Shown in pieces: positions 7,187-14,066 of a stretch of DNA of 31,433 bases (position 1 is its first letter; each line of letters opens with the position of its first letter). The DNA is from Coriobacteriia bacterium (GTDB taxonomy: Bacteria > Actinomycetota > Coriobacteriia > Anaerosomatales > PALSA-660). A program made the position numbers and the translations under genes. Under the pieces are notes generated by a model. The model was not told the origin of the DNA, ran no database searches, and saw only the letters and a program-made list of their open reading frames with translations. The stretch covers positions 1 to 31,433 of the forward strand of contig JAHEXP010000015.1 in assembly GCA_023252055.1 (NCBI GenBank), in the 5' to 3' direction.

Positions 7187-9433
7187 ATGTTCGATGTGGG
7201 GGTTCTGACGGCGATCGCGCTATGGATCGTCGGGATCATCGTGACCGTCGTGGTCGCGCTCAAAGTGCTCGGAGTTCGGGTCATCCGCTCCGATCAGGTC
7301 GGCGTGGTCGAGAAATGGTGGTCGCCCAAGGGTTCGCTGAAGGACTCGATCATCGCCATGAAGGGCGAGGCCGGCTACCAGCCGGAAGTGCTGCGCGGCG
7401 GTATCCATTTCCGCTCGCCGTTCATGTACCGCGTCCGCGTGATGCCGCTGATCACGATCCCGCAGGGCAAGATCGGCTATGTGTTCGCTCGTGACGGCAT
7501 CCCGATGCAGCCGGAGCAGACGCTCGGCCGCGTTGTGGAGTGCGGCAACTACCAGGACGTGCGCGGGTTCATGGCCAATGGCGGCCAGAAGGGCCCCCAG
7601 CGCTCGATCATCCGCGAGGGCACGTACGCGCTGAACCTGGCGCAGTTCATGGTCATCACGGAAAGCCACGTCTACTACCTCCCGATGGGCTACAAGGAGG
7701 AGGAGTCGTCGATCATGTCGATGGCGACCTACCTCGGCAGCGTCGGCGGGTTCAGCCCCGTGGTCATCAAGGGCGCCGAGGACCGTGTCGGCATCGTCAC
7801 CGTGCACGACGGCCCGTCGCTGCCGATGGGCGACATCATCGCTCCCTCGATCGGCGACGTCGCCGCCGAGCCGGACTATCACAACAACTTCCAGAACCCT
7901 GAGGCGTTCTTGAAGGCCGGCGGCTTCCGTGGGCGTCAGTACCAGGTCCTCACGGAGGGCACGTACTTCATCAACCGCCTGTTCGCGACCGTCGAGCTCA
8001 TCGAGAAGACGATCGTCCCCATCGGCTACGCCGGCGTAGTCGTCAGCTACATCGGGCCGAAGGGCGCCGACGTCTCGGGCGAGGAGTACCGCCACGGCGA
8101 ACTCGTCACGACCGGCTTCCGCGGCGTGTGGAACGAAGCGCTCATGCCGGGCAAGTACGCGTTCAACACGTACGCCGGCAAGGCGATCCTCGTCCCCACC
8201 ACGAACATCATCCTCAAGTGGATCAAGGGCGAGACCGGCGCGCACAACTTCGACGCCAACCTCTCGGAGATCGGGCTCATCACCAAAGACGCGTTCGAGC
8301 CGTCCCTGCCGCTGTCCGTGGTCATCCACATCGACTATAAGAAGGCCCCGCTCGTGATCCAGCGCTTTGGCGACATCGCGATGCTCGTCAACCAGACGCT
8401 CGACCCGATGGTGTCGAGCTACTTCAAGAACGTGGGCCAGACCAAGACGCTGATCGAGCTCATCCAGCAGCGAAACGAGATCCAGGCCCGAAGCAGCGAG
8501 GAGATGAAGGTGCGTTTCGCCCGATACAACCTCGAGTTGGAAGAGGTTCTCATCGGCACTCCGCGCTCCCCCGAGGGCGACACGAGGATCGAGACGATCC
8601 TCACCCAGCTGCGCGACCGGCAGATCGCCTTCGAGAAGCTCGAGACGTTCGACAAGCAAAAGATCGCCGCCGACAAGGAGCGCGAGCTCAAGCAGGCGAT
8701 GGCCGTCGCCGAGCAGCAGACGATGCTCACGCAGTCCGAGATCAACATCCAGGTGCAGGAGAACCAGGGCCGCGCCGAGCTTCAGCGGGCCGCCCAGGAC
8801 GCCGAGCGCGTGAAGACGCTGGCTCGAGGCGACGCCGAGAAGGTCAAGACGCTGGCCGCCGGTGAGGCCGAGAAGGTCAAGCTGCTGGCAGGCGCCGAGC
8901 AGGCGCGCATGAAGATGATCGCCGACGCCGAGGCCACCCGCATCCGCCTCACCGCGGAAGCGGACGCCGACCGCGAGGCCCGCGTGGGCATCGGCCGCGC
9001 GATAGCCATCGAGGAGCAGGTCAACGCATACGGCGGCCCGCAGCTCCAGCTGGCCCAGGACGTCATGACGAAGATGGCGCAGGCCATCGAGACGTCCAAG
9101 GTGCCGATCGTCCCGCAGACGGTCGTCAACATGGGCGGCGGCGAGGGCGGCGACACGACCGCGAGCAACAACGCGTTCGGCCTGCTGCTGGCACTCCTCA
9201 CCTCCGAGAAGCTCGGCGCTCCCATCGTCGGCGAGAAGCCGGATGCGAAGAGAAGCGCCCAGGTCACGGCGCTGCGAAGCTCAGTGATGGAAGGCGCGAC
9301 GAGGACTCCGGAGAACACCGCGGCAGCTGCCGCGGAGCCCTCGAAGCCGGCCGCGAAGGTCGAGCGCCCGATGGAGTCCCAGTCGCTGCCGCAGACGCAC
9401 TCGAAGGACGCAGCGGAGAAGCCGGCCAAGTAG
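7187..9433 (+). CDS. flotillin-like SPFH/Band-7 family protein (YqiK-like) with N-terminal TM helix and long C-terminal EA-rich coiled coil
   Basis: ORF 7109..9433 plus; probable start MFDVGVLTAIALWIVGII (7187) with a GGGGAAGG SD. SPFH region ...VVEKWWSPKGSL...IIREGTYALNL..., a second SPFH-like segment, then the flotillin coiled coil with ...AERVKTLARGDAEKVKTLAAGEAEKVKLLAGAEQARMKM... repeats. The alternative start is the 7109 ATG. Confidence 0.85.
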   Translation: MFDVGVLTAIALWIVGIIVTVVVALKVLGVRVIRSDQVGVVEKWWSPKGSLKDSIIAMKGEAGYQPEVLRGGIHFRSPFMYRVRVMPLITIPQGKIGYVFARDGIPMQPEQTLGRVVECGNYQDVRGFMANGGQKGPQRSIIREGTYALNLAQFMVITESHVYYLPMGYKEEESSIMSMATYLGSVGGFSPVVIKGAEDRVGIVTVHDGPSLPMGDIIAPSIGDVAAEPDYHNNFQNPEAFLKAGGFRGRQYQVLTEGTYFINRLFATVELIEKTIVPIGYAGVVVSYIGPKGADVSGEEYRHGELVTTGFRGVWNEALMPGKYAFNTYAGKAILVPTTNIILKWIKGETGAHNFDANLSEIGLITKDAFEPSLPLSVVIHIDYKKAPLVIQRFGDIAMLVNQTLDPMVSSYFKNVGQTKTLIELIQQRNEIQARSSEEMKVRFARYNLELEEVLIGTPRSPEGDTRIETILTQLRDRQIAFEKLETFDKQKIAADKERELKQAMAVAEQQTMLTQSEINIQVQENQGRAELQRAAQDAERVKTLARGDAEKVKTLAAGEAEKVKLLAGAEQARMKMIADAEATRIRLTAEADADREARVGIGRAIAIEEQVNAYGGPQLQLAQDVMTKMAQAIETSKVPIVPQTVVNMGGGEGGDTTASNNAFGLLLALLTSEKLGAPIVGEKPDAKRSAQVTALRSSVMEGATRTPENTAAAAAEPSKPAAKVERPMESQSLPQTHSKDAAEKPAK
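8798..8995 (+). repeat. in-frame 33-bp (11-aa) tandem repeats encoding the flotillin EA-repeat coiled coil
   Basis: Units gacgccgagcgcgtgaagacgctggctcgaggc / gacgccgagaaggtcaagacgctggccgccggt / gaggccgagaaggtcaagctgctggcaggcgcc ..., about six units, the first three best conserved. Confidence 0.5.
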
Positions 9434-9456
9434 ACGGTGGAAACGGACTGAAGCGA

Positions 9457-9483
9457 GGGCCCGGGAGTCAGACTCCCGGGCCC
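9457..9483. terminator. bidirectional intrinsic terminator between convergent flotillin (+) and hypothetical gene (-): GGGCCCGGGAGT cag ACTCCCGGGCCC
   Basis: Perfect 12-bp GC-rich stem with 3-nt loop, centred in the 80-nt gap between the stop codons at 9433 and 9514. TCGTCTCT follows on the plus strand. Confidence 0.6.
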
Positions 9484-9513
9484 TCGTCTCTACACCGCTT
9501 CACCGGCGGTGGA

Positions 9514-10146
9514 TCACTTCACTTTGAGCGTCCCGGGCGAGGCGCCCGACATCGTCACGCGCTTGGAGCCCTTGATCGCGGTCGCGTACCAGTGGTACGT
9601 CCCCACCGTCGCCGGCGCCTTCGCCGTGGCGCGCCACGTCTCGCTGTCGCCGGAGGTCGATATCTTCTTGAGGGTGAAGGTCTTGTCGTAGCTCTTCGAA
9701 GAGTTGTAGACGCGCATCGTCACCGACGTGGGATGTCCTGTGACCTTGGCGGTCATGGTGATCGTGTGCGAGGCCTCCACCGTGCCCGGCGTGACCGTAC
9801 GGGACGTGACCGCGATCGTCGCCGTGGTGCTCGTGCTGGTCGTCGTGCTCTTCTCGAGCGTCTTGATCCGCGCGTTGGCGGTGGCGAGGTCCGCCGTGAG
9901 CTGCGCGTTCTGGTCCGTCAGCGCTGTCAGCGAGGTCTCTGCGGCGGCGAGCTGGTCCTGGACGGCGGCGACCGTCTCGCTCGCGTTCCCGCTCGCCGAC
10001 GAGACCTGGTGCTGCAGGACGGTGATCTGACTGCTCAGGGACCCTGTCCTCCAGAACATGATCCCAAGGCCGACGACGAGTCCCACAAGGAGCGAGACCA
10101 CGACCCAACCCCAGAACTTGTTGGTCGCGATGCGCATATACGGCAT
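9514..10146 (-). CDS. hypothetical bitopic membrane protein (N-terminal TM helix, coiled coil, Thr/Ser-rich linker, C-terminal beta-rich domain)
   Basis: ORF 9514..10146 minus; a GGAGGGGG SD lies 8 nt upstream of the ATG. MPYMRIATNKFWGWVVVSLLVGLVVGLGIMFW (signal-anchor), then QITVLQHQV...LTADLATANARIKTLEKS (coiled coil), then TTTSTSTTATIAVTS linker, then a 100-aa domain (…TMRVYNSSKSYDKTFTLKK…YHWYATAIKG…). I recognise no family. Confidence 0.55.
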   Translation of the reverse strand: MPYMRIATNKFWGWVVVSLLVGLVVGLGIMFWRTGSLSSQITVLQHQVSSASGNASETVAAVQDQLAAAETSLTALTDQNAQLTADLATANARIKTLEKSTTTSTSTTATIAVTSRTVTPGTVEASHTITMTAKVTGHPTSVTMRVYNSSKSYDKTFTLKKISTSGDSETWRATAKAPATVGTYHWYATAIKGSKRVTMSGASPGTLKVK

Positions 10147-10247
10147 GCCGAGACCCCCTCCGCCATGACGTGCTGTGTCCTTGACGACGATAGTAGCGCT
10201 TCAGAGGGCGTGCGTCCCTCCCGGAACGGGGCGTACCCGGAACGCAC

Positions 10248-10281
10248 GGACGGCCGTGGGCACTGAGGCCCACGGCCGTCC
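10248..10281 (-). terminator. hairpin GGACGGCCGTGGGC actgag GCCCACGGCCGTCC immediately downstream of trpB2 stop
   Basis: Perfect 14-bp stem about 25 nt after the trpB2 stop (10307) on the minus strand. No strong U-tract. It also lies upstream of the gene starting at 10146. Confidence 0.45.
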
Positions 10282-10306
10282 TGTTGCGCCGGTCAGCGTG
10301 GTCCGA

Positions 10307-11674
10307 CTACTCCGCCTGGCACAGCGTGGAGCCGGCGGCGAAGTCGAAGTCCTGCAGCTGGCCTGCGTTGTACGCGGCATAGGCTGCGAGATCGAAGTGC
10401 CCGTGACCCGACAGGTTGAAGAGGATGACCTTGTCCTCGCCTGCCGCCTGCGCCGCTTTCGCCTCGTTGATGGCGGCAAGGATGGCGTGGCTGGACTCGG
10501 GTGCGGGGAGGATACCTTCGGCGCGCGCGAACTGGACGGCGGCCGCGAAGCATGCCGTCTGATCGACGGCCACGGCCTCGGCCTCGCCCTCGTGCACGAG
10601 CTGGCTCACGAGCGGCGAATCGCCGTGATAGCGCAGGCCGCCGGCATGGATGCCCGCGGGCACGAAGTCGTGGCCGAGCGTGTACATGAGCATCTGCGGC
10701 GTCATCCCCGCTTCGTCGCCCAGGTCGTAACGGTACTCGCCCGCTGTGAGGGTCGGGCATGCCTTCGGCTCGACCGCCACCAGGCGCGCGTTGCTCTTGC
10801 CGTCCAGTTTGCGGCGATAGTACGGGAACGCGAGCCCGGCGAAGTTGCTGCCGCCGCCGACACAGGCGATGACGACGTCCGGCTCCTCATCGGCGAGCGC
10901 CATCTGCTCGATGGCCTCCTGGCCGATGATCGTCTGATGCAGGCACACGTGGTTGAGCACGGAACCCAGCGCGTAGTGGGTGCCGGGGTCCTTGACCGCG
11001 ACCTCGACCGCCTCCGAGATTGCGATGCCGAGCGAGCCGGTGGAATCGGGATCCATGGCGAGCACGTGGCGTCCGGCATCGGTCAGGTTCGTCGGCGACG
11101 AGTGCACGGTGCCGCCGTAGGTCTCCATCAGGATGCGGCGGTACGGCTTCTGGTCGTAGCTGACCTTGACCATGAACACCTCGACATCGATGCCGAAGAG
11201 CGCGCCGGCGATCGACATGGCGCTGCCCCATTGGCCGGCGCCCGTCTCGGTCGCGATCTTCGTGATGCCTTCCTGCTTGTTGTAGTAGGCCTGCGGGATG
11301 GCGGTGTTGGGCTTGTGCGAACCCGCGGGGCTCACGCCCTCGTACTTGTAGAAGATCTTGACGCCTTCGGGCAGGCCGAGTGACTTCTCGAGCTGGCGCG
11401 CGCGGAGCATCGGCGACGGGCGGTACTCCTTGTAGACGTCGATGACCGCGCCCGGGATGTCGATGTAGCGCTCCATCGACATCTCCTGCTTGAGGCACTC
11501 CATCGGGAACAGCGTGGCCATGTGCGCGCCGACCTGGTCGGGCGTGAGCTCGGTGCCGTCCGGCGCGAACGCGCGCGGCGGTGCGGGCGGGGTCTTCAGG
11601 TCCGGCATGATGTTGTACCAGGCCTCAGGGATCCTGGTCTCGTCGAGTCCGAATCTGGTCTTGTCGGATGGCAT
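10307..11674 (-). CDS. trpB2: TrpB2-type tryptophan synthase beta-chain paralog (PLP-dependent, stand-alone)
   Basis: ORF 10307..11887 minus. Real start MPSDKTRFGLDETRIPEAWYNIMPDL at 11674 with a GGGAG SD. ...GSHKPNTAIPQAYYNKQEG... is the HK(x)N PLP-lysine signature of TrpB. ...GGGSNFAGLAFPY... is the glycine loop. At about 456 aa with an N-terminal extension, it is typical of TrpB2. The upstream part of the tracked ORF is 5' leader, not coding. Confidence 0.85.
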   Translation of the reverse strand: MPSDKTRFGLDETRIPEAWYNIMPDLKTPPAPPRAFAPDGTELTPDQVGAHMATLFPMECLKQEMSMERYIDIPGAVIDVYKEYRPSPMLRARQLEKSLGLPEGVKIFYKYEGVSPAGSHKPNTAIPQAYYNKQEGITKIATETGAGQWGSAMSIAGALFGIDVEVFMVKVSYDQKPYRRILMETYGGTVHSSPTNLTDAGRHVLAMDPDSTGSLGIAISEAVEVAVKDPGTHYALGSVLNHVCLHQTIIGQEAIEQMALADEEPDVVIACVGGGSNFAGLAFPYYRRKLDGKSNARLVAVEPKACPTLTAGEYRYDLGDEAGMTPQMLMYTLGHDFVPAGIHAGGLRYHGDSPLVSQLVHEGEAEAVAVDQTACFAAAVQFARAEGILPAPESSHAILAAINEAKAAQAAGEDKVILFNLSGHGHFDLAAYAAYNAGQLQDFDFAAGSTLCQAE

Positions 11675-11773
11675 CGCGTGCTCCCTTCGAGAGTCGTGCT
11701 TGCGGTCGGCGTCAGGGTCCGTCCATGTGGACCGGCCCCATATGCGATCACTGCCCCCGGAGAAGTTCCCGGA

Positions 11774-12030
11774 CAACAGAAAAAGCCCTCGTCCTGTTAA
11801 GGGACGAGAGCTTTCGGCTCCCGCGGTACCACCCTCGTTGTCCGACCCCTCGGCCGGACCACTCGTCTCAGCGACACTCCGGCACACCCGCTGCCTTCAT
11901 GCCCGGTCCCTTGTATCGGCGGGCCTCCGCCGGAACTACTCAGCCTGCCTGCGGCCTTTGCTCCGGAGCCTCAAGGGACCATTCACGCCGACCGCTCACG
12001 CCGGTTTCCACCAACCACCGGCTCTCTGTG
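11774..12030 (-). promoter_or_regulatory. T-box riboswitch leader (Stem I GA motif through T-box/antiterminator and rho-independent terminator) controlling trpB2
   Basis: The minus-strand RNA contains the exact T-box consensus AGGGUGGUACCGCGG (plus 11819..11834). It is directly followed by an 11-bp terminator stem AGCUCUCGUCC/GGACGAGGGCU and UUUUUCUGUU (plus 11774..11811). Upstream: AGAGAG (K-turn/GA motif, about 12021..12027), GAGUAG and GCUGAG elements consistent with the Stem I AG-bay/distal loop. A long GC-rich Stem I/II region lies between. Distance from GA motif to terminator is about 255 nt, typical of T-box leaders. Confidence 0.75.
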
Positions 12031-12086
12031 CTTCGCGATCGGGCTACTCTTCCCCGTCACTGGCGTTCACGCTATGAGATTGGGAC

Positions 12087-12117
12087 GGAGGATACACGCG
12101 GCGAGGCGTGCGCGCAA
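12087..12117 (-). promoter_or_regulatory. putative sigma-70-like promoter for the T-box/trpB2 transcript (-35 TTGCGC, 17-nt spacer, -10 TATCCT)
   Basis: Minus-strand sequence TTGCGCgcacgcctcgccgcgtgTATCCT read about 55 nt upstream of the Stem I GA motif. Hexamers are approximate and not experimentally supported. Confidence 0.3.
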
Positions 12118-12155
12118 GTGAACTCCATGTGACACGTTCGGACGGCCTCCGCGCC

Positions 12156-12902
12156 TCACGCCTCCGGATGGCGCGAGCGGTACAGCAGGTACGCGTAGGC
12201 GTACGTCACGACGAGCATCACCGCCAGCGACCCGAGGAGCACGAACAGCCCGTACGTGGACGGCAAGACCGAGGAGGCCACGGTGAGCAGGCCGACCGCA
12301 ACGAACAGGTATCCGCCGAGCCGGTTCGTCTTGCTCCACACGACCTCGTCGGAGAGCGTCCAACTGACGCGAACGCCGAAGGTCCAGTTCTGCTTCACGG
12401 TGGTCATGAAGTTCCCGATGAGCGCGAACAGAAGGCCCACCGCGACGAGGATGACCTTCGCCACGTCGAAGCGGTTGTCGTAGGCCGCCAACAGGGTCGC
12501 GGCGAACACGACCGCCTCCAGGCCCACGACGGCGTCGATGACGATGTTGTACGCGCGGAACGACATCTTGAGGTTGCGCCGTTTGGGATCCAGGAAGGGC
12601 ACCACAACCAGCAGGGCGTAGACGCCTGCGGCGATGAGCGGCAGCAGGAACACGCTTCCGAACGACTTGGCGGAGAACGCGTCCGGCGCGCCGCTGATAC
12701 CCCAGTGCGTGGGGATCGGACTCGGTAGCGAGGGGTAGAGCACCGCGCCCGCGACGAACATCGCGGCCACGATCAGCAGCGGCAACTTGGTGAAATCGCG
12801 CAGCTTCGGAGGGGCGGGCAGTTCGTCGGGCGGAGCTGCGCCGACCGGTACCTGCCCGGGTGAATCCTGTGCGTCGCTCCCGAACTGACGGTCACTCGTC
12901 AT
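12156..12902 (-). CDS. DUF1648/SdpI-family membrane protein
   Basis: ORF 12156..12902 minus. After a Pro-rich N-terminus: ...LLIVAAMFVAGAVLYPSLPSPIPTHWGISGAPDAF... (DUF1648 P-x-HW motif), then four more helices (...NIVIDAVVGLEAVVFAATLL..., ...ILVAVGLLFALIGNFMTTVKQNW.FGVR..W) typical of SdpI/YhfL-like immunity/signal-transduction proteins. Confidence 0.6.
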   Translation of the reverse strand: MTSDRQFGSDAQDSPGQVPVGAAPPDELPAPPKLRDFTKLPLLIVAAMFVAGAVLYPSLPSPIPTHWGISGAPDAFSAKSFGSVFLLPLIAAGVYALLVVVPFLDPKRRNLKMSFRAYNIVIDAVVGLEAVVFAATLLAAYDNRFDVAKVILVAVGLLFALIGNFMTTVKQNWTFGVRVSWTLSDEVVWSKTNRLGGYLFVAVGLLTVASSVLPSTYGLFVLLGSLAVMLVVTYAYAYLLYRSRHPEA

Positions 12903-13028
12903 CGCGCATCTCCTCCTCCGGAGTACAGAGCATTTCGAGCACGAACGACATGGCGTCGCGGAAAGCCGTCGTGTCGAGCCGGTACGCGGTCCCCTGGCCG
13001 CGGCGCTCGGCGTGCGTGAGCCCGATCC

Positions 13029-14066
13029 TCAGGGCGTCGGCGCTCCCGCCGCACCCAGTACTTCGCGCAGCCTCCCGAGGCGCTCCATCTCGGGATCGTC
13101 TTCCGGCGCGTAGCCGAAGCCGGCCCAGCAGAAGAAGAGGGCCGAGTACGCCTCCCCCGCCCCGGGGACCGTGTTGTTCGCTTCGAGAACGTGTGCGAGA
13201 GCGGTGAGCATCTGCGCGGGGTCCTTCAGCAGGAGCATGCCCTCTGCGTCGGCCTTCTCGGCGGCAGCGAGGGCGGCACGTTCGTGCCCGGCCATCAGGA
13301 CCTCGGTCAGGACCACGCCGAGGAACCCGAGTATGAACACGCCGATGACGGCTTCCGGCGTCTCGCGAGCGACTCCCGCGGACGCGCCACCGGTGAGCGC
13401 CTCTCCCCATGTGGGCTCGTCCTGCAGCAGGGCGTCCTTATGGAGCTGCTGCGCGCGCTGCCCCCAGATCGGGCCCATGATCGCCGAGAGCACTGTGGCC
13501 CACAAAGTGTCGCGTGCCGCCACGCGCGCCATCAGGTTGGCGAAGACGGCACGCTGCTCGTCGCCGCTCAGGCGCTCTGCGAACCCGCGCGTGACGCCCA
13601 CCACGATCGCGTCGTCGTGCAACCCGAGGGCGAACGCGTTGACACGGTCGCAGTCCTCGATGAGCCACAGCCACGGCGCCCCGGGCCGGCCGATCGCGAT
13701 CGCCATGTCGTGCAGCGCGGACTCGGTCACCGGAAGGGTGCCGCGCTGCGTCGGGATCGCGCCGAAGAGGCCTGCGAGGCGCGCCTCCGGCCGAGAGAGC
13801 ACCCGCACGACGTGCAGGATCGCGAGCGCGGCGCCCAGCAGGAACGCGCCGGCCATCAGCCACGGCGTCAACGAGAGGAACTCGCCACCGCCCCGGAACG
13901 TCATCACCCACAAGAGCACGCCGCCGGCGCCCACCATCAAGGCCAAGGACAGGGCCGCCGCCACGACGAACAGCGTCACGAACATCGCAACCTTCATGCG
14001 GTTGCGATCGATGCGGTCCCACAGCGGCTCCATGCGGCCGCGGCGGGCGCGCGTCCGGTCGGTCAC
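13029..14066 (-). CDS. M48/HtpX-like integral membrane protein with HExxH zinc motif replaced (predicted catalytically inactive pseudo-peptidase)
   Basis: ORF 13029..14066 minus. Its start overlaps the hisIE stop by 4 nt. Two N-terminal TM helices, then ...[44 protein letters not shown]... This aligns with HtpX ...NAFATG.....VAV..GLL.....E..AVIAHEISHI..GD, but HE..H is replaced by NL..R. Further TM helices follow ([22 protein letters not shown]). Confidence 0.55.
   Translation of the reverse strand: MTDRTRARRGRMEPLWDRIDRNRMKVAMFVTLFVVAAALSLALMVGAGGVLLWVMTFRGGGEFLSLTPWLMAGAFLLGAALAILHVVRVLSRPEARLAGLFGAIPTQRGTLPVTESALHDMAIAIGRPGAPWLWLIEDCDRVNAFALGLHDDAIVVGVTRGFAERLSGDEQRAVFANLMARVAARDTLWATVLSAIMGPIWGQRAQQLHKDALLQDEPTWGEALTGGASAGVARETPEAVIGVFILGFLGVVLTEVLMAGHERAALAAAEKADAEGMLLLKDPAQMLTALAHVLEANNTVPGAGEAYSALFFCWAGFGYAPEDDPEMERLGRLREVLGAAGAPTP

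Noticed and set aside
11675-12120. Considered tmRNA, RNase P RNA or SRP RNA for the structured, GGGG-starting non-coding stretch upstream of trpB2.
   Set aside because: No tRNA-like 3' end (GGUUCGAUUCC...CCA), no tag-peptide reading frame ending in ALAA-stop, no RNase P P4 motifs (GGAAAGUCCGG / ACAGAACCCGGCUUA), and no SRP domain IV motif. The exact T-box box AGGGUGGUACCGCGG plus terminator, directly 5' of a coding gene, explains it better.
12892-13410. ORF 12892..13410 minus (172 aa, Arg-rich).
   Set aside because: It overlaps the 3' part of the M48-like gene out of frame. Only its last about 19 codons lie in intergenic DNA. That tail is kept as a low-confidence possible uORF rather than calling the whole ORF.
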